Virus record (IMG/VR): IMGVR_UViG_3300028844_006223
Span: 1-57,614 of that record
Strand: one strand, 5' to 3'
From: a virus
Taxonomy: Duplodnaviria > Caudoviricetes
Length of the DNA stretch: 57,614 nucleotides
The notes beneath the pieces are model-generated. The model saw only the letters and a program-made list of their open reading frames with translations, searched no databases and was not told the DNA's origin. The position numbers were made by a program, and so were the translations under genes. Positions 19,241-29,803 of the stretch are shown one piece after another; position 1 is the stretch's first letter, and the number at the start of each line of letters is the position of its first letter.

Positions 19241-19672
19241 ATGAAATTACCACAGGCAATTATAGTTGACGTTGACTTTACAGTAGCAAATAACGGTCAT
19301 CGTGATCCTTATGATTTCAGTGAAAAAGTTTTAGACGATTTGCCTATAGTTCCAATGATACATCTTGTCAATGGGCTTGTACAAGTTTCAGAATATTATC
19401 CCATCTTTCTCACCGGACGAAACGAAATTTGTCGAGAACATACTAAAAAATGGCTTGACAAACACTTCAATTTCAAGTATACTTTGATCATGAAGGCTCT
19501 GGAAAACCAGAGAGGTCGTACTTCAATCTTCAAAGAAAAAATGTACAAAGAACAAATTCAAGACCAATACAATGTCTTTCTAGTCATTGATGATGACAAC
19601 AGAAACGTCAAGATGTTCAGGTCCTTAGGTCTTGATGTACTACAACCACATATACTTGCAAGGAAAAATTAA
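19241..19672 (+). CDS. HAD phosphatase resembling the T4 PseT 3'-phosphatase domain
   Basis: DVDFTV, FLTGR, conserved K, IDDD motifs. Confidence 0.8.
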   Translation: MKLPQAIIVDVDFTVANNGHRDPYDFSEKVLDDLPIVPMIHLVNGLVQVSEYYPIFLTGRNEICREHTKKWLDKHFNFKYTLIMKALENQRGRTSIFKEKMYKEQIQDQYNVFLVIDDDNRNVKMFRSLGLDVLQPHILARKN

Positions 19673-22188
19673 TGTTCTATACTAATGTATCCTTGATCAA
19701 TAATCGTATTCATATGCGATATATTGAGAATGGTGTGAGAAAACAAAACGATTTTGCCTTTACACCGGAACTTTTCGTACCAAGTCCAAAAGGCAAGTTT
19801 CGTGATTTGTATGGTAAAACCTTCCGACCAGTTGAAGTTGAATCTGCAAAAGTTGCAAGAGAAAAAGTTGCCGCAAGCCGAGGTATTGAAGGCTACACAA
19901 TTTGTGGCAATCCAAAACCTGAGTTTGAATTCATTGCAAAGAACTTTGATGGTCATATTGAATTTGAATCGAAATATGTGAACATCGCCTATCTTGATAT
20001 TGAGGTGTTCACTGACGGTACTTTTCCTGAGCCATCGGAAGCAAAGTTTCCTATCAATGCTATTTCATTTCGTATACATGGTAAGACACATGCCTTTGGC
20101 TTGACTTATGATGATGTTACATATGAGAGCAAGAAAGATGATGTCGAAGTTTATCTGTTTGATTCAGAAGAAAAACTGCTGATGGAATTTGTCGACTTAT
20201 GGTCTTCATCTGAAATTGATATCATCTCTGGCTGGAATTCAAATAGCTTTGACATACCATATATCTGTCGAAGAATTGAAGGTATCTTCGGTGATAAGTT
20301 TCTTCGGAAGCTTTCACCATTTCATCGTGTGTATTCTGTTGAAAGAAAGAATGATTTTGGAAACAAAGAAGTTCAATATAAAATATCAGGCATCTCTCAA
20401 TTAGATTATCTTGCAGTCTATAAAAAGTTCACATTCAAAAACCGTGAGAGTTATAAACTTGATTATATTGCACAAGTTGAATTGAATGAACGTAAAGAAG
20501 ATGTTTCTGAATATGACAATCTATTTGATCTATATGAAAAGGACTTTGAACTTTTCATGGATTATAATATCAAAGATACTGAACTTGTTGAAAGGCTTGA
20601 TGACCGTTTGAAGTTGATGGAGATATCTCTATCACTTGCTTATTTTTCAAAGGTCAATTTTGAAGATATCTTCAGTCCTATGCGATACTGGGAAAATATT
20701 ATTCATAATTATCTTTATGAAAATTTTATTGTTTCGCCGATTGATAAACAAGTGAATGAAAAGTCTGAGAAGTTTGAAGGTGCTTATGTTAAGAATCCAA
20801 TTGTAGGTAAGCATGACTTTCTTGTATCATTTGATTTCACCTCACTGTATCCTTACATTCTAAGAACATTCAATATATCACCAGAAACAATTGTTGATAT
20901 GCGTGAAGATGTTGATATTGTTTCTGTATTAAACAAGACACTTGATTTGTCTGAAGAAAAAGAACGTGACCTAACTGTAGCAACGAATGGTGCAAGGTTC
21001 TCTCGTAAGCATACTGGCTTCATACCTGCACTTGTCAAACGAATGCTTGACTTGAGAAAGAATGCCAAGAAGGATATGATCACAACAAAGCAGGAGATTG
21101 AGAAACTGAAAACTGAAAATGCATCTGCTGATGAAATTGACAATCTTGAAAAGAAGGCAAAGGCATTATTCAACATGCAATTGGTTGCAAAAGTTGCTGC
21201 AAACTCTTTCTATGGTATCTGTGGTCTCAAGTATTTCCGTTTCTACGATATTCGTTTGTCTGAAGCGGTAACGTTATCTGGTCAAGCAGCAAACCGTTTT
21301 GTAGAACAACGTGTAAATCAATATCTGAATAAGATTCTTGAGACAACAAACCGAGACTATACTGTTTATATGGATACTGATTCATGTTATTTTGACCTAG
21401 GTGGCATGGTCAAGAAGTTTGCACATAACAAAACAAAAGAGAAGCAATATGAATTTGTAAAGAAAGTTGGTTATTCAAAGTTAACTGATGTAATCAATGA
21501 TGCAATCGTAGAGTTTAATGATTATTTGAATGTTCATGATCCTGTACTTGATATGAAAATGGAAGCAGTTGGCTCTGGTGTCTTCATCGCCAAGAAGAAG
21601 TACATTATGTCAATTGTTCATATGGAAGGTGTTGATTATGCAGAACCTGAAATGAAGATGACCGGTGTTGAGGCTGTTAAATCATCAACACCTGCACCAG
21701 CAAGAAAGGCTTTGACCGATTGCGCACAGATCATTGTGACTGGTTCAGAAGATGAATTGATTGAATATGTTGATGAGTTTCGAAAGAATTGGAAAAGTTT
21801 ACCTCCTGATGAAATTGCTTTACCGACCTCTGTCAATGGTATTCGTAAGTATCATATTGAAGGCAATCAATATAAGTCAGGATGTCCAATGCATGTTCGT
21901 GCAGCAATCAATTACAATCACTGGATTCAGCGAAAAGAAATTGATATGTACTATTCAGATATCAAAGATGGCTCGAAGGCAAAGTATATTTTCCTGATAA
22001 AGAACAACAAAACAAAAGAAAATGTGATTGCCTTTCCAAATAAATTACCAAAAGAACTTGACTTACACTCAAAAATAGATTATAATACTCAAATAGAAAG
22101 GTCTTTTTTATCTCCTCTCAAAATTATGTTAGAACCGACCAAGTGGTCATATGAACGAAAAGCAAACCTGATGGACTTATTTTCATAA
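19672..22188 (+). CDS. 43: Family B DNA polymerase (T4 gp43-like)
   Basis: Exonuclease DIE, GWNS..FD, YNIKD; polymerase DFTSLYP, K..ANS.YG, YMDTDS. Confidence 0.97.
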   Translation: MFYTNVSLINNRIHMRYIENGVRKQNDFAFTPELFVPSPKGKFRDLYGKTFRPVEVESAKVAREKVAASRGIEGYTICGNPKPEFEFIAKNFDGHIEFESKYVNIAYLDIEVFTDGTFPEPSEAKFPINAISFRIHGKTHAFGLTYDDVTYESKKDDVEVYLFDSEEKLLMEFVDLWSSSEIDIISGWNSNSFDIPYICRRIEGIFGDKFLRKLSPFHRVYSVERKNDFGNKEVQYKISGISQLDYLAVYKKFTFKNRESYKLDYIAQVELNERKEDVSEYDNLFDLYEKDFELFMDYNIKDTELVERLDDRLKLMEISLSLAYFSKVNFEDIFSPMRYWENIIHNYLYENFIVSPIDKQVNEKSEKFEGAYVKNPIVGKHDFLVSFDFTSLYPYILRTFNISPETIVDMREDVDIVSVLNKTLDLSEEKERDLTVATNGARFSRKHTGFIPALVKRMLDLRKNAKKDMITTKQEIEKLKTENASADEIDNLEKKAKALFNMQLVAKVAANSFYGICGLKYFRFYDIRLSEAVTLSGQAANRFVEQRVNQYLNKILETTNRDYTVYMDTDSCYFDLGGMVKKFAHNKTKEKQYEFVKKVGYSKLTDVINDAIVEFNDYLNVHDPVLDMKMEAVGSGVFIAKKKYIMSIVHMEGVDYAEPEMKMTGVEAVKSSTPAPARKALTDCAQIIVTGSEDELIEYVDEFRKNWKSLPPDEIALPTSVNGIRKYHIEGNQYKSGCPMHVRAAINYNHWIQRKEIDMYYSDIKDGSKAKYIFLIKNNKTKENVIAFPNKLPKELDLHSKIDYNTQIERSFLSPLKIMLEPTKWSYERKANLMDLFS

Positions 22189-22200
22189 AGGAGTTATACT

Positions 22201-23292
22201 ATGTCAAATTTTTTCAATAGCTATGCTAAGATGATGAAGAATGAAATGGCTACGATTGTAGGTAAGCAAGGTATGATTGGTGATTGTGATGAGTTTCTTG
22301 ATACTGGATCGTTCATGCTAAACGCAATCATGTCTGCCGACTTATTCAAAGGTATTCCTAAGAATAAAACAATTGCAATTGCTTCTGATTCCGGTATTGG
22401 TAAATCTTTCTTTTGTGTATCAATTGCAAGAGAGTTTCAACAAAACAATCCTGATGGCTTTGTGATGTATTATGAAACAGAAAATGCTTTTACATCTGAT
22501 ATGTTTGTTGATCGTGGCATTGATACAAATCGGTTACTCTACATTCCTTGTGGTACTGTAGAACAATTTCGTCATGAGTCAACAAAATTTGTAAAAGAAT
22601 ATAATGCGTTACCTGAAGAAGAGAAAGTTCCATTCATCATGATTCTTGATTCAGTAGGTAATTTATCAACAGAAAAAGAATATGAAGATGCTATCACTGG
22701 CGCAAACAAAACTGATATGACAAAAGGTAGACTTGTCAAGTCAGCAATCAGAACTCTCAAAATGGAACTATCAAAGGCAGGCGCTCCATTGATCATGACA
22801 AATCATGTCTACTCTGAAATCGGCAGCATGTACCCTAAAGAAGTGATGACAGGTGGTAAGGGCCCTTTGTTTCTATCTGATGTTGTTCTATTTCTATCAA
22901 AACGAAAAGATAAAGACGGCACAGTTCAGATTGGAAACTTTATCACAGTTCGTGCTAGAAAATCTCGATTCACTCGAGAAAACTCTGCCGTTGAAGTTTA
23001 TTTGAATTTCAAAACTGGTATTAATAAATATCATGGACTGCTCCCTTTTGCTGAGAAGGCAGGTATATTTCGAAAAATTGGAAATCGCTATACCGTACAA
23101 GACGGTAGAAAACTTTACGAAAAACAAATTATGCAATCTCCTGAAGAATTCTTTACACAAGAAGTTCTCGAACAAATCAATGATGTAATTAAGGAAGAAT
23201 TTTCTTACGGTGAATTTAGTCCTGAGCTTGAGAAAGAAATCTATGAGGAACCTTTAGACGATCTGCATGAAGACATAGTTGAAGAAAGGTAA
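22201..23292 (+). CDS. uvsX: UvsX/RecA-like recombinase
   Basis: DTGS..LN, Walker A SGIGKS, ILDSVGNL, TNHVY, KSRFTREN. Confidence 0.92.
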   Translation: MSNFFNSYAKMMKNEMATIVGKQGMIGDCDEFLDTGSFMLNAIMSADLFKGIPKNKTIAIASDSGIGKSFFCVSIAREFQQNNPDGFVMYYETENAFTSDMFVDRGIDTNRLLYIPCGTVEQFRHESTKFVKEYNALPEEEKVPFIMILDSVGNLSTEKEYEDAITGANKTDMTKGRLVKSAIRTLKMELSKAGAPLIMTNHVYSEIGSMYPKEVMTGGKGPLFLSDVVLFLSKRKDKDGTVQIGNFITVRARKSRFTRENSAVEVYLNFKTGINKYHGLLPFAEKAGIFRKIGNRYTVQDGRKLYEKQIMQSPEEFFTQEVLEQINDVIKEEFSYGEFSPELEKEIYEEPLDDLHEDIVEER

Positions 23293-23295
23293 GAT

Positions 23296-23748
23296 ATGGA
23301 AACTACAGAAACAATGGTAATTGATTATGAAGATGTTAATGTTATTAATACTGGTGTTCAAGCGAATACAGATGAAGTAACATATGCAATTGAAAAGGCA
23401 ACTTCAGATCCTAATGAAGAGAGATGGGCAATCCGTATTGAAAGCGGACTATTTAAAGATTTTTTGTTTACAATCAATCACATGCGATTGTATGTAGAAG
23501 ATGAAGAAGAAGATAAATCATTAGTCACTGATGAGAATATGGAAGAATTGATTGACAAAGATATTCAAATGGATTTTGAATATGACATCAAGTATGTTCC
23601 TGCGACATATAAAGATTCAAAACTTAAAGTACAGGCAGGTCCAATCACATATGAAAATAACCAGACTTTTTTTGAAGCAGTTGCAAGAAATATTTTGATG
23701 GACATTGTTATTAATTATCCTGAATTATACTCTACTGAAAAGGAATAA
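23296..23748 (+). CDS. Hypothetical acidic protein in the T4 gp40 position
   Basis: Lies between uvsX and the helicase gene; function assigned by synteny only. Confidence 0.6.
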   Translation: METTETMVIDYEDVNVINTGVQANTDEVTYAIEKATSDPNEERWAIRIESGLFKDFLFTINHMRLYVEDEEEDKSLVTDENMEELIDKDIQMDFEYDIKYVPATYKDSKLKVQAGPITYENNQTFFEAVARNILMDIVINYPELYSTEKE

Positions 23749-25110
23749 ATGAACACAAAACTTGCTCTATACAATCTAGTGAATAATCGTGACTATTTAA
23801 ATCGTTGTTTACCTTTTATTAAACCTGAATATTTTGAGGAGAAGTTAGAGCAAAGAATTTTTTCATATATTTCTGAATTTGTCACAGAATATAATACCTT
23901 ACCAAATGATCAAGTAATTGAATATAATGCATCATCTGATAAAAATCTCAATGATAGTGAGCTAGAAGAAATCTTTGAGAAGTGGAATGAAATCAAAGAT
24001 GTTGACTGTGACAATGTAACAAACGAATGGCTCTACAATATTACCGAAGAGTGGTGTAAAGAAAGAGCCATCTTTCTGGCTGTAAGTGAATCAATTGGCA
24101 TTATTACAGACGAAAAGAATAAGCACAAGAAAAATGAAATACCTGACTTACTCAAAGATGCCTTATCGGTATCGTTTGATACAAACGTAGGTCATGATTT
24201 TATTGAAGATTCTAAATCTCGCTATGAATATTATCACAAGAAAGAAAGTAAGATACCGTTTGACATTGATATGTTAAACAAAATTACAAAAGGTGGCTTC
24301 ACACATGGTACTCTGAATCTGTTTCTCGGTGGTACAAACTCAGGTAAAACTTTGTTTATGTGCCACTTGGCAGCTGGCTATCTCAAGCAAGGCTACAATG
24401 TTCTTTACATTACGCTTGAAATTGCAGAAGAATTGATTGCTCAGAGAATTGATGCTAACTTAATGGACATGAAAATGGCAGATGTACCTTTGTTAGATCA
24501 AGATAAGTATCTTGGTAAGATTGATAAAATTCGTAAGAAAACTATCGGTCAACTCAAGATTAAACAATATCCACCTGCTGCGGTAAATATCAATCATTTT
24601 CGTGCATTATTAAATGAGCTAAATCTAAAGAAGAACTTTAATCCAGATATCATTATAATTGATTATTTGGGTATTACGGCATCGGCTCGTATTAAATCTT
24701 CTGAGAATTCATTTAGTTATTATAAATCTGTAGCAGAAGAAATGAGAGGACTTGCAGTTGAGAGAAGAGTGCCAATCATTACCAATCATCAATTCAATCG
24801 TTCAGGTCAATATAATACTGATGTCGATCTTGAAAACATTTCAGAATCACATGGTATCTCAATGACTGCGGATTTTATGGCAGCCATTATTGTATCTGAA
24901 GAATTTCTTGAAGAAAAGAAAGTAATGATTAAACAATTAAAAAGCCGATATAACGATCCAAATTATTATAATAAATTTATGATAGGTATGGATCGTGAAA
25001 AAATGAGACTGTATAATCTTGAAGATCAACTTGAGAATGTAATTCTTGAAATCGATAAAGAAGATACATTCGATTCAAAAAAACCTAAAGTTAACATTGA
25101 CTTTTCATGA
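23749..25110 (+). CDS. 41: Replicative DnaB-like helicase (T4 gp41-like)
   Basis: GGTNSGKT, YITLE, IIDYLGI, Q.NRSG, SESHG, KQLKSRY. Confidence 0.95.
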   Translation: MNTKLALYNLVNNRDYLNRCLPFIKPEYFEEKLEQRIFSYISEFVTEYNTLPNDQVIEYNASSDKNLNDSELEEIFEKWNEIKDVDCDNVTNEWLYNITEEWCKERAIFLAVSESIGIITDEKNKHKKNEIPDLLKDALSVSFDTNVGHDFIEDSKSRYEYYHKKESKIPFDIDMLNKITKGGFTHGTLNLFLGGTNSGKTLFMCHLAAGYLKQGYNVLYITLEIAEELIAQRIDANLMDMKMADVPLLDQDKYLGKIDKIRKKTIGQLKIKQYPPAAVNINHFRALLNELNLKKNFNPDIIIIDYLGITASARIKSSENSFSYYKSVAEEMRGLAVERRVPIITNHQFNRSGQYNTDVDLENISESHGISMTADFMAAIIVSEEFLEEKKVMIKQLKSRYNDPNYYNKFMIGMDREKMRLYNLEDQLENVILEIDKEDTFDSKKPKVNIDFS

Positions 25111-25116
25111 GGAACT

Positions 25117-25695
25117 ATGATTGATTCTTATTTTATTGGACAGCCCAGATTTTTTGCCGATCCACAACAGATTTATACGAGGGCAACAATCTGGGATCGA
25201 ACACAAGAAATGAATGATGATTTGGTGAGCTATTGGAATTCAACGGTAAGTAAACACGATAATGTATTCGTCCTTGGTGAACTATTTGGTGGGCCAAATC
25301 GTGATTTTTCTTTTATTGAAGAACTCAATGGAAATATTCACTTCATTCATAATCAGGTAGATGTCGAGCATAAATATACCAACACTGAATGGTTTACAAC
25401 TTTTTGCTCAATGGAATTTTTAGCGGGCACAAACTCTATTTATCTAACCAATTATTTGGAACACATAAATACTGTAGAGTCTAATATTATCATTTCATCA
25501 GATAACACTGCTTTACTGAAAAGAGTAAATTACGATTACTGCTATTTTGTAAATCACTGCGGTACGACAAGGTTTGTTAAAAATTTACATTCACCAGTTT
25601 TCAATGTTTGTGCTGATGATTGGCTTTTCAAGCCAGTATCAATACGAGAAATTATAAATTTATACAACAACTATAGACGAACTTATACAGATTAA
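25117..25695 (+). CDS. Calcineurin-like metallophosphoesterase homologue with degenerate active site
   Basis: EMNDDLVSYWNSTV...D.VFVLG and LNGNIHFI match the phage family, but the metal ligands are substituted. Confidence 0.6.
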   Translation: MIDSYFIGQPRFFADPQQIYTRATIWDRTQEMNDDLVSYWNSTVSKHDNVFVLGELFGGPNRDFSFIEELNGNIHFIHNQVDVEHKYTNTEWFTTFCSMEFLAGTNSIYLTNYLEHINTVESNIIISSDNTALLKRVNYDYCYFVNHCGTTRFVKNLHSPVFNVCADDWLFKPVSIREIINLYNNYRRTYTD

Positions 25696-25700
25696 TTAAC

Positions 25701-26261
25701 ATGCAAAGTTATTCAGAATTTATTTCATCATTCGTTTTATCTGAAAAGAAAAAGAAAAAAGATGATGATGACTTCCTTAGTGATTTAGATCAATCCGATG
25801 AAGAAGAATCTGATGATGCAGATGCCGGAGAAGAGGATGAAGACGGAGAAGAAAGTTCTGAAGATGCACCACCTGAAGAAGAACCGAGTGAAGAAGAACC
25901 AGAGGAGGCAGACGGTCTTCAAGATGGCGAAGATGGCAAAGATGATGCTAAAAAGGATGACGATAAAAACGATGAAAAGAAAGTTGATGCTCAACAGACC
26001 AACATTGAGAAACAAGCAGTAAAGAACGTTTCAAAGAAACTTAAACCAGATGAAAATGAAATTGAAGACGATGATGTTGAAGATGATATTGAAGATGAAA
26101 TAGATTATCTTGAAGATGATGAAGAGCGAAATAGTAAAATGTCTTATGCAGATAAGAAAAAAGAAAAAGTAATGCAGAAGAAAGAAACAAAAGACCGAGA
26201 TGAAAATAAAGTCAAGGTAGTTATTAATCCCAGTTTAACAGAACATTTAAACAATTGGTAA
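25701..26261 (+). CDS. Highly acidic low-complexity protein with capsid-targeting-like leader
   Basis: MQSYSEFI...LSE leader followed by D/E-rich and K-rich tracts. Confidence 0.6.
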   Translation: MQSYSEFISSFVLSEKKKKKDDDDFLSDLDQSDEEESDDADAGEEDEDGEESSEDAPPEEEPSEEEPEEADGLQDGEDGKDDAKKDDDKNDEKKVDAQQTNIEKQAVKNVSKKLKPDENEIEDDDVEDDIEDEIDYLEDDEERNSKMSYADKKKEKVMQKKETKDRDENKVKVVINPSLTEHLNNW

Positions 26262-26267
26262 ACTAAA

Positions 26268-27500
26268 ATGCCCACTTCAAATGATCGAAAAATTTCACAA
26301 CTCCCTGAATCATTGGCCCTACTCGATGATACTAATTTTTTAGTAATTAATGGTATGGGTACCGCACCAAGAAATGAAAGAATTGATGCAACAATGTTGT
26401 TTCATCAAATTCCTGTTGAAATTAGCGTAGGTGCAGATTTAAATGGTAAGGATGTAATTTTTAATTCAACTCCTGGTGGAACAAATCGATTTGTTTATGA
26501 TGGGTATTCTGGAGACCTAGCACTTGGACATGATCTTACAGTTGCAAATAATACAATCATTGAAGGTGACCTTGTTGTAAAAGGTGTTTCTTCTTTTTCG
26601 AATCCAGTTTTATTAAATTTATCCTTGCCCGGTGTATTAGACGTTACAGGTGCTGCAGACTTTAAAGATAATTTAAATGTTGATGGGACGGCAAGCTTTA
26701 ATCATATTACCGGAATTGGTAATTTTGTAATGCAAGGTGTTGCTACTTTTCAATCTGTAACTAATTTTACAAGCAACGCAAATTTTACTGGAATTAGTAC
26801 AGGTTATATAAGTGCTGTATCTTCACAAGCAACGAATATGACAGCAGTAAATATTACTGCAGGTGATTTAAATCTATCAGATGATCTATCTGTTGGTCAA
26901 AATGCAACGATACAAGGAATGCTTACAACTACCGGAAATGTATTTGGTGATACATCCGTTTTCAATAAAGGTACAATTGCAACTGACTTTATGGTCGGTG
27001 AAACACTCACATCAAAAGATGTTGTTGTTGCAAACAATCTAACAACTCCTGCATTTACAACACAAAACTTTACCTCACAATTTGTAAATGCAACCAACGT
27101 ATTGACAACTCCTCAACTCAATGCAACAACAGCAACCCTCTCAAATTTAACTACTACAAACCTAACCGCAACCAGTGTACAAGTAGTTAATCAAGCACAA
27201 ATTCCAACATTAAATGCAACAGTTGTGAACTCAGGTTCAGCCGCAATTACAGGAACAGCAACTATTGCTGATGTTCAAGCAGGTGATATCACAACGTCAG
27301 GAATGATTTCTGGTCCAGATATTGATGTAACTCGAGCGAAAATGAATCAAGCTATTTTTGATATCTATACTACCCCACCGCCCGTTTCAAGTTTTGGTCT
27401 CGGTACAATGATCATTCAGTCAGCAGGTGGAAATACAAAAATTCTAGTTGCTGTTTTAGATCCATCAAATAATAAAGTATGGGCAGACGTTAACTTATAA
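26268..27500 (+). CDS. Virion structural/fibre-like protein
   Basis: N-terminal RKISQLP motif common in phage tail/baseplate proteins; repetitive G/T/N/V beta-rich body. Confidence 0.6.
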   Translation: MPTSNDRKISQLPESLALLDDTNFLVINGMGTAPRNERIDATMLFHQIPVEISVGADLNGKDVIFNSTPGGTNRFVYDGYSGDLALGHDLTVANNTIIEGDLVVKGVSSFSNPVLLNLSLPGVLDVTGAADFKDNLNVDGTASFNHITGIGNFVMQGVATFQSVTNFTSNANFTGISTGYISAVSSQATNMTAVNITAGDLNLSDDLSVGQNATIQGMLTTTGNVFGDTSVFNKGTIATDFMVGETLTSKDVVVANNLTTPAFTTQNFTSQFVNATNVLTTPQLNATTATLSNLTTTNLTATSVQVVNQAQIPTLNATVVNSGSAAITGTATIADVQAGDITTSGMISGPDIDVTRAKMNQAIFDIYTTPPPVSSFGLGTMIIQSAGGNTKILVAVLDPSNNKVWADVNL

Positions 27501-27518
27501 TTTTTTATCTTAATATGA

Positions 27519-27920
27519 ATGTTTAATTTAAATGATATAAACTATTATCAATATGCAATTCAAGGATTGAAAACAAAGTGTACAAGTGAAATTGAATTTC
27601 GTTTGTTATTAAAACATATTGTTTATATCAAGAGATTAATTAAAAAGTATAAAGATAATTTTATTAATATTAACATTAATTTACTATTAAATCATTATAT
27701 TATACTATATAATGAAATTGAAGTGCCTGTTGTAAATCATATACTATTTCATGATATTGATGAAATATTCTATCCGCAATTAAAAACTATTTTATTATTT
27801 TTAAATAAAATACAAGGACATGAATCTTATATAATTAATAATAGTGAGATAGTAATATCTCATATACAAATTGATAAAAATCTTGAGAAAATTTTAAATT
27901 CAATTATTTTAAATGAGTAA
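27519..27920 (+). CDS. Conserved T4-like phage hypothetical protein
   Basis: EF...LK...YIKRL...LLLNH.I.LYN...LKT.L.FL pattern. Confidence 0.7.
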   Translation: MFNLNDINYYQYAIQGLKTKCTSEIEFRLLLKHIVYIKRLIKKYKDNFINININLLLNHYIILYNEIEVPVVNHILFHDIDEIFYPQLKTILLFLNKIQGHESYIINNSEIVISHIQIDKNLEKILNSIILNE

Positions 27921-28989
27921 TACATTTTTTGAAAAACAACTTAAATCTTTTTTAGGTATTGAAGAAGATACGATCGGTACCGGAGATATAGGTGGTGCAG
28001 ACTTAACAACTGATGCTAGACCGGCTGCTTCACCTCTTGAAGGTGGAACAAAAGGTTATCATGTAAAGAAGAAAAAGAAAAAGATTGCAAGAACACCTTT
28101 ACTTGTAAGAGGTTTCTTAGACCACATGCTTGAAGCAAAAGAAATCTCAGATGCTCTTGAGTTTGGTTCAAGTTTTCCAGAAAGCGCACTCAAAGAAAAA
28201 CTCAATAAAGAATTTTATCGTGTCGGTGATCAAAAGTATACCATTCCATTTTTTCGGCGAAGTGGTCAATCAGGATTTGGTAAAATGTATTTTGTAGGTG
28301 GTGATGGGTTTGCACTACGGTTCAATCGTTTAAAACAAAATAAAGAAGATAAGGGAATTGATTCAATATCTTTTTGGAATAAATGGCGCACAACTGTAAT
28401 TGAAGAAGATTTAAATTTCGGTCAAACACCTGATGCTGACGTAATTACAGAAGGCATGCCTATTGAATCTGTATTTCAAATTGCAGAAGACATTTTCAAA
28501 AATCGTAATCCTAAAACATTGATCCTGAAAAATCTTAGTATTAAGAAAAATGGAAAGCCAGCAAACAACGAGTTCGAAAAGGAACTCGCTGATGCCGAAA
28601 AAACTTCAATAAGTTATATGGAATTACTTGACTTTGCTAAGGAAAAGGGTTATAATATATCTGATGCAGAAGATGAATCACTCAAGATCAATGTTCAAGT
28701 ACCTATGAAAATACCGAATGAGGAGTATATCGTACCACATAAAACAGAATATGCTAAAGACAATTCTGATGATGATTTAGTGAAGAATGGTAAGTTGATG
28801 TTGACTGCAGTCAACATTCAAGCATTCACTAAAAATTCAACCTACGCTGAGGAGTTACTTCAATTTTTTGACAGTTTATTCAAAGATAAGTTAATCAACA
28901 ACCTATCATTTGAGTCTGTACTATTTGCATCCAAGATCAGAGAAACTAATCATCCTAACTGGATAAATTTACTAACACCTAAGATGTAA
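27913..28989 (+). CDS. Hypothetical protein
   Basis: 358 aa ORF coupled to its neighbours. Confidence 0.7.
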   Translation: MSNTFFEKQLKSFLGIEEDTIGTGDIGGADLTTDARPAASPLEGGTKGYHVKKKKKKIARTPLLVRGFLDHMLEAKEISDALEFGSSFPESALKEKLNKEFYRVGDQKYTIPFFRRSGQSGFGKMYFVGGDGFALRFNRLKQNKEDKGIDSISFWNKWRTTVIEEDLNFGQTPDADVITEGMPIESVFQIAEDIFKNRNPKTLILKNLSIKKNGKPANNEFEKELADAEKTSISYMELLDFAKEKGYNISDAEDESLKINVQVPMKIPNEEYIVPHKTEYAKDNSDDDLVKNGKLMLTAVNIQAFTKNSTYAEELLQFFDSLFKDKLINNLSFESVLFASKIRETNHPNWINLLTPKM

Positions 28990-28997
28990 AGTTTATT

Positions 28998-29438
28998 ATG
29001 AAGAGAGTGAGTGCAGGAGTTGTGTTAACAAACGGAAGAGTTGTGCTTGGTTGTCAAGCAAGTCGAAACAATTGGGATTTGCCCAAAGGAGAAATTGAAG
29101 AAAAAGAAAAACCAATTGATGCTGCAATCCGTGAATGTTACGAAGAAACAGGATTGAAAGTTCCAAAGAAAGAACTTACTGAATTAGGATTTTTTGAGTA
29201 TACAAAATATAAAGACTTATGGTTATATTTGTATGTACCAGAGCAATTACCATCAGTAAAGAATATGAAGTGTTCAACATACTTTACTGACAGATATGGT
29301 AATTCAATCCTTGAAGTTTCAGATTATAAATATATACCTTTTTCAGAAATCGATAACTATTTTTATTTTTCAATTTGTAAGGTTTTAAATAAGATTGTTA
29401 AAACTTCAATTTTTACTTCTCATTTCAAGGAGACTTAA
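28998..29438 (+). CDS. NUDIX hydrolase
   Basis: Nudix box PKGEIEEKEKPIDAAIRECYEETGL. Confidence 0.92.
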   Translation: MKRVSAGVVLTNGRVVLGCQASRNNWDLPKGEIEEKEKPIDAAIRECYEETGLKVPKKELTELGFFEYTKYKDLWLYLYVPEQLPSVKNMKCSTYFTDRYGNSILEVSDYKYIPFSEIDNYFYFSICKVLNKIVKTSIFTSHFKET

Positions 29439-29440
29439 TT

Positions 29441-29797
29441 ATGAATCACTTCCATTCTTTATTAAACGTTATTGAGATGATTGAGATCGACAAAGATACA
29501 TCAAAGAAAATGTTTGGGCATTATGTTGGAGAATTTCTACAACTTGCTGTTCACCTTGGCGAAAGTGTATCTGAAGAAGATTTTAGGCAAATGCAAGAGG
29601 TTGCAATGGCATTTGGTCTTTCCGAAAAGGAATGTCAAGATGCTTTTGATGATGCCGATAACACTGATTCAAAAAATGAGTATGATAAATATGATAAGGT
29701 TCTTGATAACGTTCCGAAATCAGATAAAGAAACATTCTTTAGCTCACACCTAAATCGTTGGATAACACCAGAAGCTGATTCTCGTATTTTATATTAA
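29441..29797 (+). CDS. Hypothetical protein
   Basis: AAGGAG RBS; operon packing. Confidence 0.7.
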   Translation: MNHFHSLLNVIEMIEIDKDTSKKMFGHYVGEFLQLAVHLGESVSEEDFRQMQEVAMAFGLSEKECQDAFDDADNTDSKNEYDKYDKVLDNVPKSDKETFFSSHLNRWITPEADSRILY

Positions 29798-29803
29798 AGA
29801 ATT

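Noticed and set aside
19672-25110. Introns or inteins in the polymerase, UvsX or helicase
   Set aside because: The ORFs are continuous, of normal length and lack splicing motifs
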